NCBI GenBank assembly: GCA_965655095.1
Contig: OZ296659.1
Coordinates: 65,224,001 to 65,288,000 of the forward strand
DNA length: 64,000 nt
Source of the DNA: Haplodiscus bocki
Taxonomy: Eukaryota
Direction of reading: 5' to 3'
Part shown: positions 25,101 through 39,250 of the stretch, one piece after another
Position numbering within the stretch: the first letter of the stretch is position 1
Layout of the letters: each line of letters opens with the position of its first letter
Program-made: the position numbers and the translations under genes
Notes under the pieces: generated by a model
What the model saw: the letters and a program-made list of their open reading frames with translations, nothing else
The model's database searches: none
Told to the model about the DNA's origin: nothing

Positions 25101-28100
25101 ATAGTTTCTGAAGTATATGAACTATTAAAACTACTTCCTTCTTCGTATAGCTTCAAATTAGGATTCCACCACACACTTTGTGACTGTCTCTGCGGTTCAT
25201 AACAAAATTTCCAAAAAACGCAAGAACCGTTTAGTTCAATTTTTTTACCGTTCCACTTGTGTTAATATCAGCAAAACCGTGTTAAAGTTCATTCTTTCCT
25301 CTTTTACCCACCCACCTAACAAAACTTGTAGCGTAGAGTTCAGTCTTATCTTTATAAGCATACATTTTTCTAAAAAATTTTTCTACGCAATGTGAGGTAA
25401 TAAACGCTGAGGTATTTAAGTTTTTTAACGAATCTTTTGCATCTTTTAGCCAAGTTCTGCTATCTTTGCTTAAATTCTTGCTTTCTTGCCCACCAAAGCA
25501 CCTTTTCAAACAAATTTTACTCAACGTTAAGCTTTTGCCGCAACCGCTTTACTCCGAACAGTTAAGATCCCTTTCACCGTGTCTCAAGCATCAGTTTTGT
25601 CTAGCTAAGTGTGTGAAAGGTATCTTCCCGCATTGTTTCAGGAAGGTTCGCACTTCTGCTTTTCCAATCATTTTTTGAACAACACAACCAGCCTGAATCA
25701 TTGAAGAACATTGAATTCTGGGATATGTTTCTCAAATTGATTTTTTAATTCAAAAAAGTTGTCCCCTTTGGGGCTCTAATTGAGGTCATGAATGATGAAT
25801 TTTGCAAATTTTTCGGAATTTGTGCACTTTTCTCTTTTATATAAACTTTCTGACTGCTTGTCTTGTACTTGTAAATAGAGCAGAACAAAACAGAAGAAAA
25901 GCAACAGAAAGTTATCCTTCTTTGTCGTTTTTCAATGTCCTAGTTGTCGTCTTTACGCTTCTGCATTCCGTAAGTACTTTCTGGCTACTATTCCAATCTA
26001 TTACGATGCAGAATAACTGATCTAGCCAAATACATCAAAATCAAGCGGAATTCTCAAATAGTTAGATTATTCAGAAGTCTAAAGATTTAAAGAAACAAAA
26101 AGTATAAATTTTTACCACTTTTGCAAAAAATTGATATTTAACTCCCAGCTCTCTTTTTTGGAAACACATCCACTGAAAACAGCTGCTGACCAATTCATTG
26201 TGAAATTTTGGAATTAATACTAGTTTTTTTCCAGCGAAGAACGTGTTTTTTCTTTTTTTCTTTGGGTAAGTAATGCAACTAACTTTGTAGTTTTGACGAA
26301 AAAATTGTTCTTGTGCTTTCAAATCAACTTCGTCGTGATTATACATCCAATTTTCCTGCAAACAAATCTTTTCAATTTGTTGTCTGATTGATTTGTTTTG
26401 GCGATATAAAGAGAGCCAAACTTTTTTGAAAAACAGCAGTTTTTTATGGAACTTTCATTGTTTTACTCTCCAAAGAAGCTTTTCTGCAATTTTGCAACAA
26501 ATGAGCCATATAAGATAGAAAAAACGTTCTCCTTCTCTGTACAGTATCTCCATGCTTCAGCTCTATTTAATATTTTGCTTTCAAGGCCACGAGTGAAACT
26601 CATTGCGCGCTAGCGCACCCATCTTTTCTTGAAGTTCTTTGTAACGTACCACATAAAAATCGTGGTGCTACTCCGCCTCTTGTTTGATGCTCCATTTATT
26701 TTTGTATCTTTCATGGCTTACTTGCTATTCTATCACTTCCAAAATCGTTCTGGTTGTTCAATCCCAAAATAGCGTTCTAGTTGAATTACAGGGTCTTTTG
26801 TCATTTTTTTATACTCTCCCCATCAATTTTTTCTGAACAAGTGTCGACTGAGAATACCGCAGTGCCGCTTTCCATGTTATTGAGCCTTGCAATAACAGAA
26901 TCATCTAAAAGGGAAACCTAAATGGTGAATAGAAATTTATAACAGTGGCACTGCTAATGGATAGTAGCAAAAGATGCCCCGTTAACAAGGGAACAAAGTT
27001 GATTGATCGACCACGCAACAAATATGCTTTTACAAAACTACCTTGCACTTTCGCTGCAACGTGATTTTGAAAGAGAAAAACATCAATTTCAGGGTTTTGC
27101 AGTTTCATCTTCTATCAGTCTTCCCATGCGAGATGTAAATTTGACTCGTCACTTCCCTGAAAACCTTCTATATTTTTGAATGTGCCCTTTTGGAACTTGA
27201 AGATTGATTTCGAGCCGGCAACTTAGAATAAGACATATTGAACACCAGAAAATGTCGTAATTTCGTCCGTTAGTTTGCATTTTGGGTTAATAAAGACCCT
27301 AGTGAAAGAAGAAACCCAAAACCCAAATTCTATTTTTGGATTGAACTTCGACAAAGAAATTGCAGCCGTAGTTTCTAAAATTGTGCTTGTCAATATCTAG
27401 TAATGTCATTACCAATCGCATATTTTGGCCCATTTATTTCACCAGGGCTGGAATGCAACAAAACCATCTGAGTTCATCGGATTATCTCTCTAAAATAAAG
27501 TTGCCCATTAAGATAATGGTCTAAGAGAGCCATTTTTGGAAAAAGTGACTTCGAGCATGAAGAAAAACTATTAGTATCGGCACTTTTTGGCCTTCTTGGC
27601 CTGCGTGTTTTCCGTTGCAAAGGATAAAACCCGGGATTTTTTTCATCAACTTTCTCATTATAAAATAATGCCACGTGAAACCTTGGTTGTGAAAATCCAG
27701 CCAATCGTTTGTCGTTTTGGAAAGAAATTGTTTTAGGAGCCTATTGTTACTTTGGTTAATGGGGTATCTGATTCATCGATCGCAACTGGAGAGATTAACA
27801 ACGACAGTCTTTCTGTATTTAGGAGTTTTGTCAATTGAGATTTTAAAGGAAGAATTCCAACTTGTAGTTTTGGAAGATGATTGGTTCGATTTTTGAGAGA
27901 AGTGAGTTTTTGTTGCAAATTTTAGCTTGTCTGACATTTCACATTTTCACAACAAGGCTGAAAATCAATCATATTGTTACTGATGCAATTTCTGCAAAAA
28001 TAATTTCATGGGCTGCGACCTTAAAGAAGTTATTACAGCCACAACGTTGGAGAAAAAAGAGGCGGGACAAAAAAAAACAAAATTATTACCATTGGCTGGC

Positions 28101-30594
28101 AACTTCAGGTGTTGTTTGAAATTTGAAAGCCCAAATACGAAACCTGAAAGTGTATTTTTGAATACTATCGAGAAAAAATAGAAATGTCAACTGAGGCGTT
28201 TTCAGTGAATACCTGGTCCTTCGTTTTGCAGAAAGTGCCTTTGAATTTCAAGTAAAATCATTATCTTTTCCAGTTTTTGGTGTTTTTGGTCTATCCGGCT
28301 TCCAATGCAAGGCACTGAGCCCAAGATTTTTTCATATACTAGATTTTCCAGCAAGACCTTTATAGCGGAATTGAAGGTGATACTCTTGGAGATGAAGTAA
28401 TTTGAGAATCAAAAAACTTATATAGAAGTCGCTCTTTTTGGCCTTTTGGTAAACAACGTTTCCCATGCACCAAACGGAATACGCAATAAGTTTATCGACA
28501 ACCTTCTATCTACTTACTAAAACTGTCGATTGGGTTGTCGACAAAAAACCAGCTGGAAGAAAGTCAGTAGGTACATATTCGAAGAAATGTTTTAGAAAAC
28601 AAAAATTTTTTTAAGATTTCATATTGTTGTTTCAAATGACGGTGTAATTTTAAAAAAGTCATTTTTTCCAGAAAATTGAAGATGGTCGAATTGTCTCAGT
28701 TTGGTAAAATGAGTCGCAAAATGAGGGAAATAGAGACTAGTATGTCAAAATTTCTGAAGAACGTCCAAAAAACCTCATGTTTTTTAGCCAAATAATATCG
28801 AGCAATGTATGAATATTTCTGAAACATGAAAAACAAGATGGGTTTGTAAAAGAATTTGGACCCGGTAGGTTCAGGCTACCTAACAACGGTGACATTGTGT
28901 TTATGTAATATACAAGTCGTGTAACAGAAACCTGATATAAGCTTTGTTATCATAAGTATGGACCACAAAGGATCCAGTTCCAGAACTCTTGAATTTTGAG
29001 GTCCTTCTATCCCTGTCGGGTTCCAAAAAGGAAAGGAAAATCGACACACGGATTAATAACATGACTTGACTCTTAGGCTCAGCCTATGGCTCGTAAAGAG
29101 CTAAAGTCACTTCGTAGAACTAAATTCGGCATCTTACTGGTGGTTACTGGAAGCTTACGCACAGGAAAAAAGTGCGATATTCCAAAGAAAGTCAGATAAT
29201 GATAATAAGTTCATAAAAACAAAGTCTATCAGGGTTCAATTTGAGTTTTTAGCCAGTCTGTTCTGGCGAATGACTCTCTGTTTTTATTCTTCTCTGTTAA
29301 TGGGCTTGGGAGCGCGTATTATCAGTCTCCCGCTTTTATAATTTCATATTGCTCATTTACCTGTCCTGCATAACGTAAGCGTTTGCATTTGGCGTTTTCG
29401 AATTTTCTACCCAATGTAAAGGTCGAAAACTGCCTGGCGCTGGCAAATTCTGGAAAAGAAAAGAACTTCTACAACTGATTTGAATAGTTTTCATTCGAAA
29501 AATTTTGACCAAAAATTATAATGCTTCCGGTAATTTAGTTGATTTCGATTGGTCTGTCTCTGTGGCATCTTAACTTTTGTGGATCAGAAAGAGTTATTTT
29601 GCGAAGTACATCAATAATTACATGAATTTAATGAATTGAAAATATTTTAGTTTGCAGTTTATCTTCTACTTTTCCTCGTTTTCTGGGAAAACGATTCTTA
29701 TTGGAACCACTTTCTGCATGGCATGCTCGTAAAAGGACAGAAACTTTTTTGTCGGGTACTTTTTTTCCTTTCATAATTTTTATTCTTTCTCAAATTATCT
29801 TTCCTTTTCATCAGGAAACTGGGGATTTCGATCAATCAAAAGTTGGTAAATTATCTTATTCAAATCAAAAACAGTGATATCTCTTTCATTTCCAGACCAA
29901 ACTGAGGCATTTGTCGGATTAGAATTTCCTTAATGAGGAACGGATATAAAACCAACATGATAGATTCATAAAGTTAAATTGCAAATTTGTTCAAAAATGG
30001 CGAATAGTGTTGAGCATTGACCACTTCAAGAAAAAAATTGAAAAGTTGAAAGAAATCAAGAAAGCTGATCTTTGATGTTGAAATATTCAATGCATCTCGG
30101 GTGGAAAAAAAATGGCACATAATTTAATTTGTCAAGGAACATATTACTAACTTTTTTCGTTGAAAAAGCAATCGTTATTGAAATCAGAGGTTGATTCAAA
30201 TGAAAACTTTCAAGATTAAGATTGTATTTATTTTGAGTGTAAAAATAAAACTTTTAACTTAATTCTCGCTTTATAGTAATTTCAATTCACCTCTACCCAC
30301 TTGAAAAACATCATTCTTCAATCTATCTCTAGCGATTAGTGATAATTCTGTTTCTGTTTTTGGTAAGAATTATTATTTTTTTGCCCCAATTTATAATATG
30401 GAAGAAAATTCTTCCACTTAAAACGCTGATATCGATCATTATTTACGCTGTTTGCAAATTGATCACCACATGGTCGGATTCAACCCAAGAGTCTTCGAAG
30501 AAACATGTATCACAAAAGACTCAACCTTGTTTTGGAATGTCAAACTAAAAATCCACACGTTTCGTGGTGACAACATGAAGTGAGACACCGTTGC

Positions 30595-31869
30595 TGTCGC
30601 AGCACACCTGCGAAGCCTGCGGCCAACCCCTACCTGAAAAAAGACACCCAAAGACTCAGAATGAGAATAAAACTTTTAATTTAATTTTAAAAAAACGCTC
30701 ATCTTTCTTTGCATTAAATTTACATTTGATTCATACCATATACGGATCACCAATGAACTCATCCAGACTACGACGGAACCATTACGGAACATAGGGATAT
30801 TGACAGAAAGGTACTTTTTTTATATTTATTCATTTCGTTGATCTAACATAAATCCACCGTTTAAGTGTAATTAATTCATTTAATGTGCTGAAGTGCAATC
30901 AAAATGACGCTGTAAAAGAAATAAAGCAGTGCTACTGCACTAAAACGTGAAGGACTTCAAGAGTGACTAATTGCTCCGTCCAGATTAGTCTGGGGACGTC
31001 ACAATCACTCAAATCATTAAACTGGGCCGTAATACTGTTCTGAAAATGAAGTAAATCCGCATTTACTCCTCATTTGCGCTTAAATTGATTGACTTGACTG
31101 CCACTACTGATAAATACGGAGATTTTCTGGAGCTACCAGTAGCTATTCGTCTGAATGGGGAATAAACTAGTAGTGCTACCAGTTTCTCCTCAAGCCTGCA
31201 GACAACTACCGTTGAGTGTTTGATTGATGAAAGTACTTTTCCCTAATTGTACCTTAACTTGGCGTGTAAACAATCAAGTTTCCTGCAAGGAAAAGGTATA
31301 AATAGGAGAAATGAATGTACCTAGGAACAACAATTGTACTGATGCTCTTGAACAATAACTGTTTTTTCGAAAAACAAACTCTTCGGTTTCTCTCGACTGT
31401 TATTAAAAAATAAGAGTTACTTCAGCCTTGAAACACTGCTGACTTTTTTCCCTCTTCAAAAATGGCAACGCATAGGAAGAAACGAAAGTTAGCAGCCGAC
31501 AACAAAGATAATCAGGACGATCATCTCAGGAAAAATCAGGCTCGGAGTACAAATATTTCTAGAAATAAGGAAGATTATATTACTCAGATGTCAGAGGAGA
31601 ATGCAAGTAGAGTGACAAAGAAACTGTCCTTGGAGTTCAGTGGGACAACGTTCGCATTTTGGGCGCATTGACCAAACGAGACAAAATTTTTATGAACCCG
31701 CAAACGTGGGTTCACTCCGGACCCGCTCCCGCGACATCCCTGAATTCAAACAAAAAGAACCAAGAAACAAACGCGGATCGTTCAGTGAAGGATCTACACC
31801 ATGAATTGGGTGTCTCTATGAGCTAATCTTCTCAAGATTTCAGATTCAAGCCAGAGGAGACTTCTTACA
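30595..31869 (+). repeat. Solo LTR of family A (~1.28 kb) with near-perfect 5-bp TSD and Gag N-terminal ORF remnant from 31462
   Basis: Starts TGTCGCAGCACACCTGCGAAGCCTGCG (cf. 6590 TGTCGCAGTACACTTTCGAAGCCTGCG) and ends CTTCTTACA. Flanks GTTGC / ATTGC. Confidence 0.85.
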
Positions 31870-31989
31870 ATTGCTGTTTCTCATGTAACTGCGTGGTACT
31901 GTAAGTCTCTATGAAGAAATTAATTTTCCAGCCATATGTAAAATATGGAAGGAAAATCATTCTTTCAAAGAGAACGTTTTTTTAAACCC

Positions 31990-32600
31990 AAATTTTGCCA
32001 AATGATAACATCTCATGCTCAACAACCAATTGGACACTTTCTGCCCGTGAATGTTTTCCACCAACTTGTAGCAAATTTGCCGTAGAATGCGACTGAAGTC
32101 GTAGAAATTTTCAAAAGGTCCAAAAGTTGGGTTTCTCCGCGGATAGACTTTTTTTGGGCGAAAATTGATTTTTTTCAGAAAGTCGGTAAAAGTGGCAAAT
32201 TTGCTGCAGAATTCGTATAATTTGATATAATTTCATGCAAATTTCTTTTCAACCCTAATTGTGTGCTTTTTTGGTGGAAAAACAGAAAGATTTTACATTG
32301 AAAAATTAAGGTTATGTATAATGATAATTTTTAACAAGCATGTTAAACACAATTGGAGGGCAAAACACAGTTGGTTTAAGCACTTAGCGATTGAATTTGG
32401 CGCGCATGGAGTCGAAAACGTTGAAAAATGGAAATTCCTAATAATAGTGCTACAAAATGTTTTTCTTACTTCTAAGTTCAGAGAAAGGGCCGATATTTTG
32501 GCAAACAGGTGAACTGTTTGAGTGTTTACCCAAAAACCAGAAAATTGATTTCTTGGAACTGGCAACTTTTTCACCACCAACTGATAGATTCCCGCCTACC
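31990..32600. repeat. Copy of an unclassified interspersed repeat (other copies ~28560-28900, ~59480-59700, ~60540-60770)
   Basis: TAGCAAATTTGC(C/T)GTAGAA.G.GACTGAA.T.GTAG shared by 32070-32105 and 60627-60662. CCGTTG..GTAGCC is shared in inverted orientation by ~28875 and ~59651. Confidence 0.55.
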
Positions 32601-33799
32601 AAAAAGAAAGACAATCAGCCGTTTACGCACAAAAAGTTGAACAAGAAGTTCAGTGAAGTGTGCATTATCCGACTATTTGATAAGTTTTTCCTTAATTGGA
32701 AAAAATCTTGCAATTTAGATGCTCAAGACACATTCCTCATCAAGTAAAACACAATATTGAGCCACTACCAAGAACGAGGGAAGATCGAAGAAAGACAAAC
32801 AGCCGAAAACACCCAGATATTGACGGAAAGAAGAGAGTTTAAAACTTTTTCAAGATTGCCCCAAACTTTCCCATAACTCCCCGCAAGCGTCCACTGGTAA
32901 GTTTTGAGCTCGGCCACAGTGAGAAAGCCTGAATAAGTCCACGGAAAAGCCAGTATGATTTTAAATTATTGTTCAAAAAGCGTATTTTCAGGACAGGTTT
33001 CTCAACTTGGGAGTGGTTCTTAGACTGAGTCCAGTTAAAGAGTTGTTTTCCGCAAAAATAACCAGAAATAGCCTTTTCTGGAGGATGGTTTTGTAGAAAC
33101 GGAAATATGAGTACGGGCAATTGAGAGGAGTGGAAGGCGTCCCGTCCGAGTGTCGAAACAATTGAACGGACTGTAGAGCACGTTTCTTGATATTTTCAGA
33201 CCTACCACACCATTGCTTGTTGATTTGACGCCCAAAAAACGGGAACGCCGAAAAGTAATCCACTCAGAGGGTCGTTTCCACGAAAATGAAAATGCAGTCC
33301 CAAATTGTTCTGGAGTCGCTTTCGGGCAGTTTGAGCTTAAATTCAGAATTAACATCAACTTTTGAGATCGCAGGGCCATTTTCAGCCAATTGGGACCAGA
33401 AATGACACCCTTGATTCGCCGCTTCAGCAGTCTAGATAGCTGCATTTCGAGGCCTAAATGCTCCCTTTGCTCAGTCACAGTTCACTATCTTCGGACTACA
33501 GCAGCACACCAACTAGCTTGGATCGGAGCTTGAATACTAAAACTTCAACGCATTTGAACGACTCACCATATAGAAGATGCTGAAAAACAGCAAATCACAT
33601 TAATTTCATCTATAAACCTAAAACTACTGTCTTTAAGACCCACAACAATAACCATTGCCAAAACTATCCATCTGAGTTTAGTTGCATTATGAGTGGCCTA
33701 TTGTAAGCTGGCATTTTGTTTTCCAGGCCCTCTGAAGCAGAAGTGACAATTTTTGGTTGCTTTTCTTATTCTGAGAGGTTCAGAATGTTGACAATATGC

Positions 33800-36700
33800 T
33801 AATAGTTATGACATGATTCGGTTTTCCAACTGACGTTTTTCCCAAACCAGATCTTTGTATTTCTTCATCAGCTGTCATCGGTCATCTGCAACCTGCAGAA
33901 GCTGCACAAGAAATCTGGCTCAAAGGTTCATGGTTGTTTATGGTTTTGTGTCTTTCCTTGAGTTCCTGTTCGACCAAATAGGTCAGCAACTCAATGAAGC
34001 TATAGTATCAATCTCTGCCACAAAAATTGAAACTGCAGCAAAATTTCAACAAAAACCACCCCAATTTTTCTCGATATATGTCGATTTTCAAACATAGCTT
34101 TTCTCCTCACTGCTTATTTTACTCATTCTGTGAACGTACAATTTATAGCTTTGAAGTTCCAGCAGCAAGGTAATTTGTAAACTCACTGTTTTTTAAACAA
34201 ACATATTCTGCACCGGTCAGAATTGCCAAAAAGTGATAAATATTTCGCAAGCCGCGATATCCAATTTCATTCTTGATCAACAGCGAATGCATACTTTCAC
34301 CCATCGACGTTCCAGTCGATAAATTTCTCACTAATATTTAACTATTCACTTAAAAGGTCTTTGTTTTTTTCCTGCGTCACCCTCTTGGTAGGTCAGAAAT
34401 GCCAAAAATGCTAAGTGTGTAAACGTAGATCAATATTCAAATTCACAATTCTTTCAAATTAAATGACCCATTTTTGCCATGAGGTTCACAAAAGATAGCC
34501 TAGTATGCGTCACAGACTTTTCGGCCGGAATTTTTTTTGATTCTTCACCGTGCAAAATAATTTTGTGTGGCCCATTTGGCTAAATTTGTCCTATCGGTTT
34601 TGATATTTATTTATCGGTTTTCAAAATGATCTTTCCCCGAAACCAGACCTCTTTATCTTTTTTCATTTGTAAATCGGTCTTTTTCAGTCTGCACAACGTT
34701 CAGAAAATTTTTGATGCAATGATGTTGCTTTTTTACTTTACCTTGAAATGCCGATAGAACGAGTACGCCAATAGGAATATGAAGGAGTTTATTCTGGTAG
34801 AAAAGAATATCAAAACCTGTCATATAAACCTCAATGGACAGATTCTTCTTCTTCAATAACTACCTCGTATTATCTGGACATATCTTCATATAAAAACTCT
34901 TCTGTCCAATCTTTGACATAAATGTTTCAAACGACAGCCTTTTTATTGTCGATGAATATTCAGATGAAAAATATTCAAATCTTCATCGTGAGTTTTATTC
35001 GAGGTCTGACGTTTATTAGATTATGCTTTTCGTCATTGCAAAGGTCTGTTTTCAAACTCATGTTTCACCCAATCTATAGTACTGAACACTCTTGACAGTA
35101 ATCATTCGACATTTTTTCCATTAGGGTCTCAACACACATCCTTTTGTTTATCATTGTCTATTCAGATAAAGATTCATCATTTTTTGAAGTTTATACAGTG
35201 CTTCTTAATTTTGAAGGACTGGCTGAAATATCCTAATAATTATGAGAAAAATGGGTTTTCAAATTGAGGTTTCTCGCAAGCCAGAAATTTTTGTTCTTTC
35301 ATCATTTGTCAATCGATAAATTTAAACTTCCACAAGGTACAGAGGCCTTTGTAAGTTGATTGGTGTTGGATTTTTATATTCCATTGATTTGTTGATAGAA
35401 TGAATAATCTGATAAACTTCTGAAAGTACAGTATGAAAATTTAGCAAAACTCTCAACCAACACCCTAATTTTTCTCATGACTATCTTCACTTGTCTCTTC
35501 CTGTATTGACTTGTCATTTCTTGCTTTTTTGCTTGGTTTTGAAAAATATCGATATTCAAACTTGATCTCCTTTCACAGTGACTGTTTGTTTTCTTCCATC
35601 CAAGCGAACGTCACATCTTATTTTATGAGCAGCATCTCAAAAAATGAGTGGTTTTCAGACAAGCATCAGAAATTGGATGAGCTGAAAGTGCCGAAAATGC
35701 TGTTTGTACTGACGTGCTTCGATTTTCAGATTCGTAATTCTCCGTAGTTAAACAATCAATTTTTGTCAAAAAAACGCAACTGATGGCATGTCAACTGTTA
35801 ATGACTCTTCAGATGGAAAACCATCGGTATTTTACTGTGCTTTGTAAGTTTGAGAGGCCTGATTTGTCAATTTATCCTAAAAGTCTGGACACAAAACTGT
35901 ATTCAAATTGACATTCTTCCCAAATTGTAGCTTTGAATCTTATCAGCAATTCTCTATTGATTTTTTTGCAGGAAGCTCTCCATTTGAGTGAAACCTATTT
36001 TTTGTGAATGATTTTTCGGATGAAAATTTCTCAATTTTGTACCATGCATTTTAAGCGTGAGAGGTCCAACTGCCTAAAATTTCCTAATGGTTATGACAAA
36101 AATCGGTACTCAAACTGATGTTTTTCCGAAGCTGTTGCTTTGATTTATTTCAGCAGATCTCATCCGATCACCTTTTCAAGAAGAGACTTGAATCGACACC
36201 TGGTTATCTGTCAATGACTAATACGCTGAAAAAACTAAGTTTTCCAACATGCTTTTCAAACCTAAGAGACTAAACTGGTTACATTCTGCTTTTAGTATTG
36301 ACATAAATTGATCTCAAATTTGGCTCTTTTCCAAAACTGCACTCTAAAGTCCATAATAAGGTTTCAAACGTTTTTTTAACATGAAGATCTCAATAGACAG
36401 GTTGTAATTTGTTTCAAGAAATGGATGAAAAACTCTCATTTTCTAACCATGCATTGCAATCCTCAGAGGCCCGCTTGTCTGAAATGTCCCAATAGTTATC
36501 ATATACATCGGTTTGAAATTGGTTCTTCTCCCGAACCAATTCTTCGGACTCTGTGGATCAATTGTTATTTGGTTTCAACTTGCAGTAGGTGCACACATCG
36601 TTTTAATTAATGGTTGTTGATTTTAAAAATTACATTGAAACTTGATACACCGAAAAGTTCAACAAATGTGTGAAAGTAAAGTATGAAACTCTGCCATAAT

Positions 36701-39250
36701 GGCGTCATGTCTGTCATTGAACCTCTTGTCTGGTTTTGACATGTTTCGATACTCAACTTAATTTTTCCTCCAGGCTGGCTGTTTAATTTCTTCCAACAAA
36801 ACGAACGTCACAGCTTTCTCTTTTGCAAGCAACATGTTAGTTGAAGTATTCAGTTTTTTTGAGAAGCATCACAATCTGCGTAGACCAAAAACGCCGAAAA
36901 GGGCTAATAAGTTCGGCAAAACTGTGACAACAAATATGCACTTTCATCCATCAAGATCAAAATTGACGCTTTTTTACTGCCAAGTGACTCTTCACTTGAA
37001 GGTTTGTTGTTTTTCTCCTGAGACAGCGTTTTTGTACGCCAAAAAACAAGAAGTGCCTTTTGTTTTCAAAGACTTCAACTTCAGGTTTCAATCTCTCCGG
37101 AAGTAAACTATCAATTTCTGCCATAAAATTTCTGAGCGACAACTAGTATTGGTCAAGGAATATTCGAATGAAAAACTGCAATTTCTTACGGTGCATTCTA
37201 GTCCCAGGAAGCACCTTTGATCAAAAAAGCTATTAATTTTGACAGAAATTGGTCAATCAAACTATTCCTTCTCACGAAAAAAGCTTTGATAATTTTCACA
37301 AGGTCTCAGTTGATCTCTTTTTTAGGATGATCTCAATCGACAAGCTGTTTTTGATCAATGACTTTTCTGATTAAATTTTATTGCTTTACTATCGTGTATT
37401 TTAATCCTGAGAAACCCACATGATTCTTTTGTGCTACTACCAAGGAAACATATCGATATTGAGACTGATATTTCTCCCAAACAAGAAAATTTTAATCTTT
37501 CATCAGCTGTTGATTAGTCATCCTCGTCCTGAACAAGGTGCAGAAGGCGTTTTGATCAGAGTTTTATTGGCTTTTTATCCTACGATGAAAACCTGATACA
37601 CCAAAAAGAGCACCCTGTTTCTGAAAAGGAAGAAAGTTTTCCTGCCATAAAACCTGGCCTGTTTTTTGTGAATGACTATCTCGCCTTGTCTTTACATAGA
37701 TCGATAAGATAATGAAACTTTTTTTGCTTACGCAATGAGTTTTTGATTTCTACTTTCAAAGTGAACGTCACATCTTACAATTTTCGCAGCAACTCATAAA
37801 AGGAATTCAATGATTCTCTAAAAAACAGCAAAATCCTGAAAACCTGAAAATGCCGAAAATGCTGAATTTACTGATATGCTCCTTTTTTCAAATTCATAAA
37901 CCTCTGAAGTCAGACGTTCATTTCCTTCCAGAAATGTCTCAGCAGACGGTTTTTGGTTTGTCAATGACTTTTCTTATGCAAAAAGAACCCAGTTTTTTCC
38001 GTGCTTCATCATTTTGAGAGGAATAAATTGTCAAAATTCTTGAGGACAAAAATTAGTTGCCAATCGTATGTTTCTCTCAAATTATAGCTTTGAATCTTTT
38101 CAGTATGTCGTAATTGATCTTCTTTCCTCAAAAGTGACAATCGACAGGCTAATACTTTTCAATAATTTTTCCCAATGAAAAACTATCGCTTTTTATTGTG
38201 CATTCTAATCCTGAGAAGCTCAGTTGGTTATTTTGGGGTATTAGTTATGACATTAATCGGTCTCAATTGGGTGCTTCTTCAATCTATAACAACGAGTTCC
38301 TTCAAAAGGCGTCTTTCGATCTTTCTACCATTGAAGGTCTCAGCAGACAGACTATCATTTGTCAATGAAAATCGGATGTAACAACTATCAATTTTCAACC
38401 GTGGATTCTAGTCTTCGGAAGTCCAAATGAGTAAATTGCTTCTTAAGTTTTGACATGAATTCGTTTTCAATCCGATGTTTTTCTCAAACCAGATATTTGT
38501 ACTCATTCATCGGTGCCAACGGATCACCTTCAACCTGCACAACATTTACAAGTCTTCGGTTTGTTGGGCTATGGTTTTGTGCTTTCCATTGAAATTCTTG
38601 GAGTCCGAGGAGGCCAGGATTTCTCTGAAAGTAAAGTATCCTTTTCTGCCATTGAGATCGTATCCTACAGCCTGTTTTTTGTCAAAATCAATCTCTTCAT
38701 GTCTTGATATATCTCGGTTTTCAAATCTAGTTTTTTCCACGCGGCTTGTTTTTTCTCCCTTCAAATTGAACGTCCTAGCTTTCTGAATCCAGCAGCATCC
38801 GAGGCAGTGAATTCAATGATTTTCTGCAAGCATCAGTATCTGGATAAACTGAAAACGCCTCAAAAGGCTAATAATTGTAGCGTATCTTGATTTTCAAACT
38901 CAAATTTCATAAACAATAAATGCGTACGTTTTCCCCTCAAACTGGCAATCGACTTTTTTGTGGTAAGTGATTATTCAATTGAAAGGAGTTTAGTTTTTTT
39001 GCGTCGGATTTTTCCGAGCCAAAAAAAGCCAAAAGTGCTCTTTGTTTTGACGTACTTCGACATTCAGATTCGTAACCCTTGAAAGTACAATATCAATTTT
39101 TTTCGTCAACCTACAGCTAATGTTTGACAGTGACCATTGGATTGCATCATTATCGTTCTTCTAATGTGAATTCTAATCTTGATGGGCCCAATCTATCAAA
39201 TTGCGCTGTCAGTCATTACAAAACTCTTTATTCAAGGTGATGTTTCTCCT
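33800..39250. repeat. Second degenerate tandem array related to 17500-25100: ~200 bp unit organised in a ~1.0-1.2 kb higher-order repeat
   Basis: CCNTGCATT.TAATCCTGAGA motif at about 35835, 36040, 36247, 36447, 37188, 37390, 37998, 38195 and 38398. GAACGTC(A)CA at 35606, 36803, 37763 and 38768, each followed ~80 bp later by CTGAAA.(T/C)GCC.AAAA.GCT. Confidence 0.7.

Noticed and set aside
26600-28500. Possible degraded viral or Polinton-like ORF
   Set aside because: Coding-like texture only; no recognisable motif in any frame.
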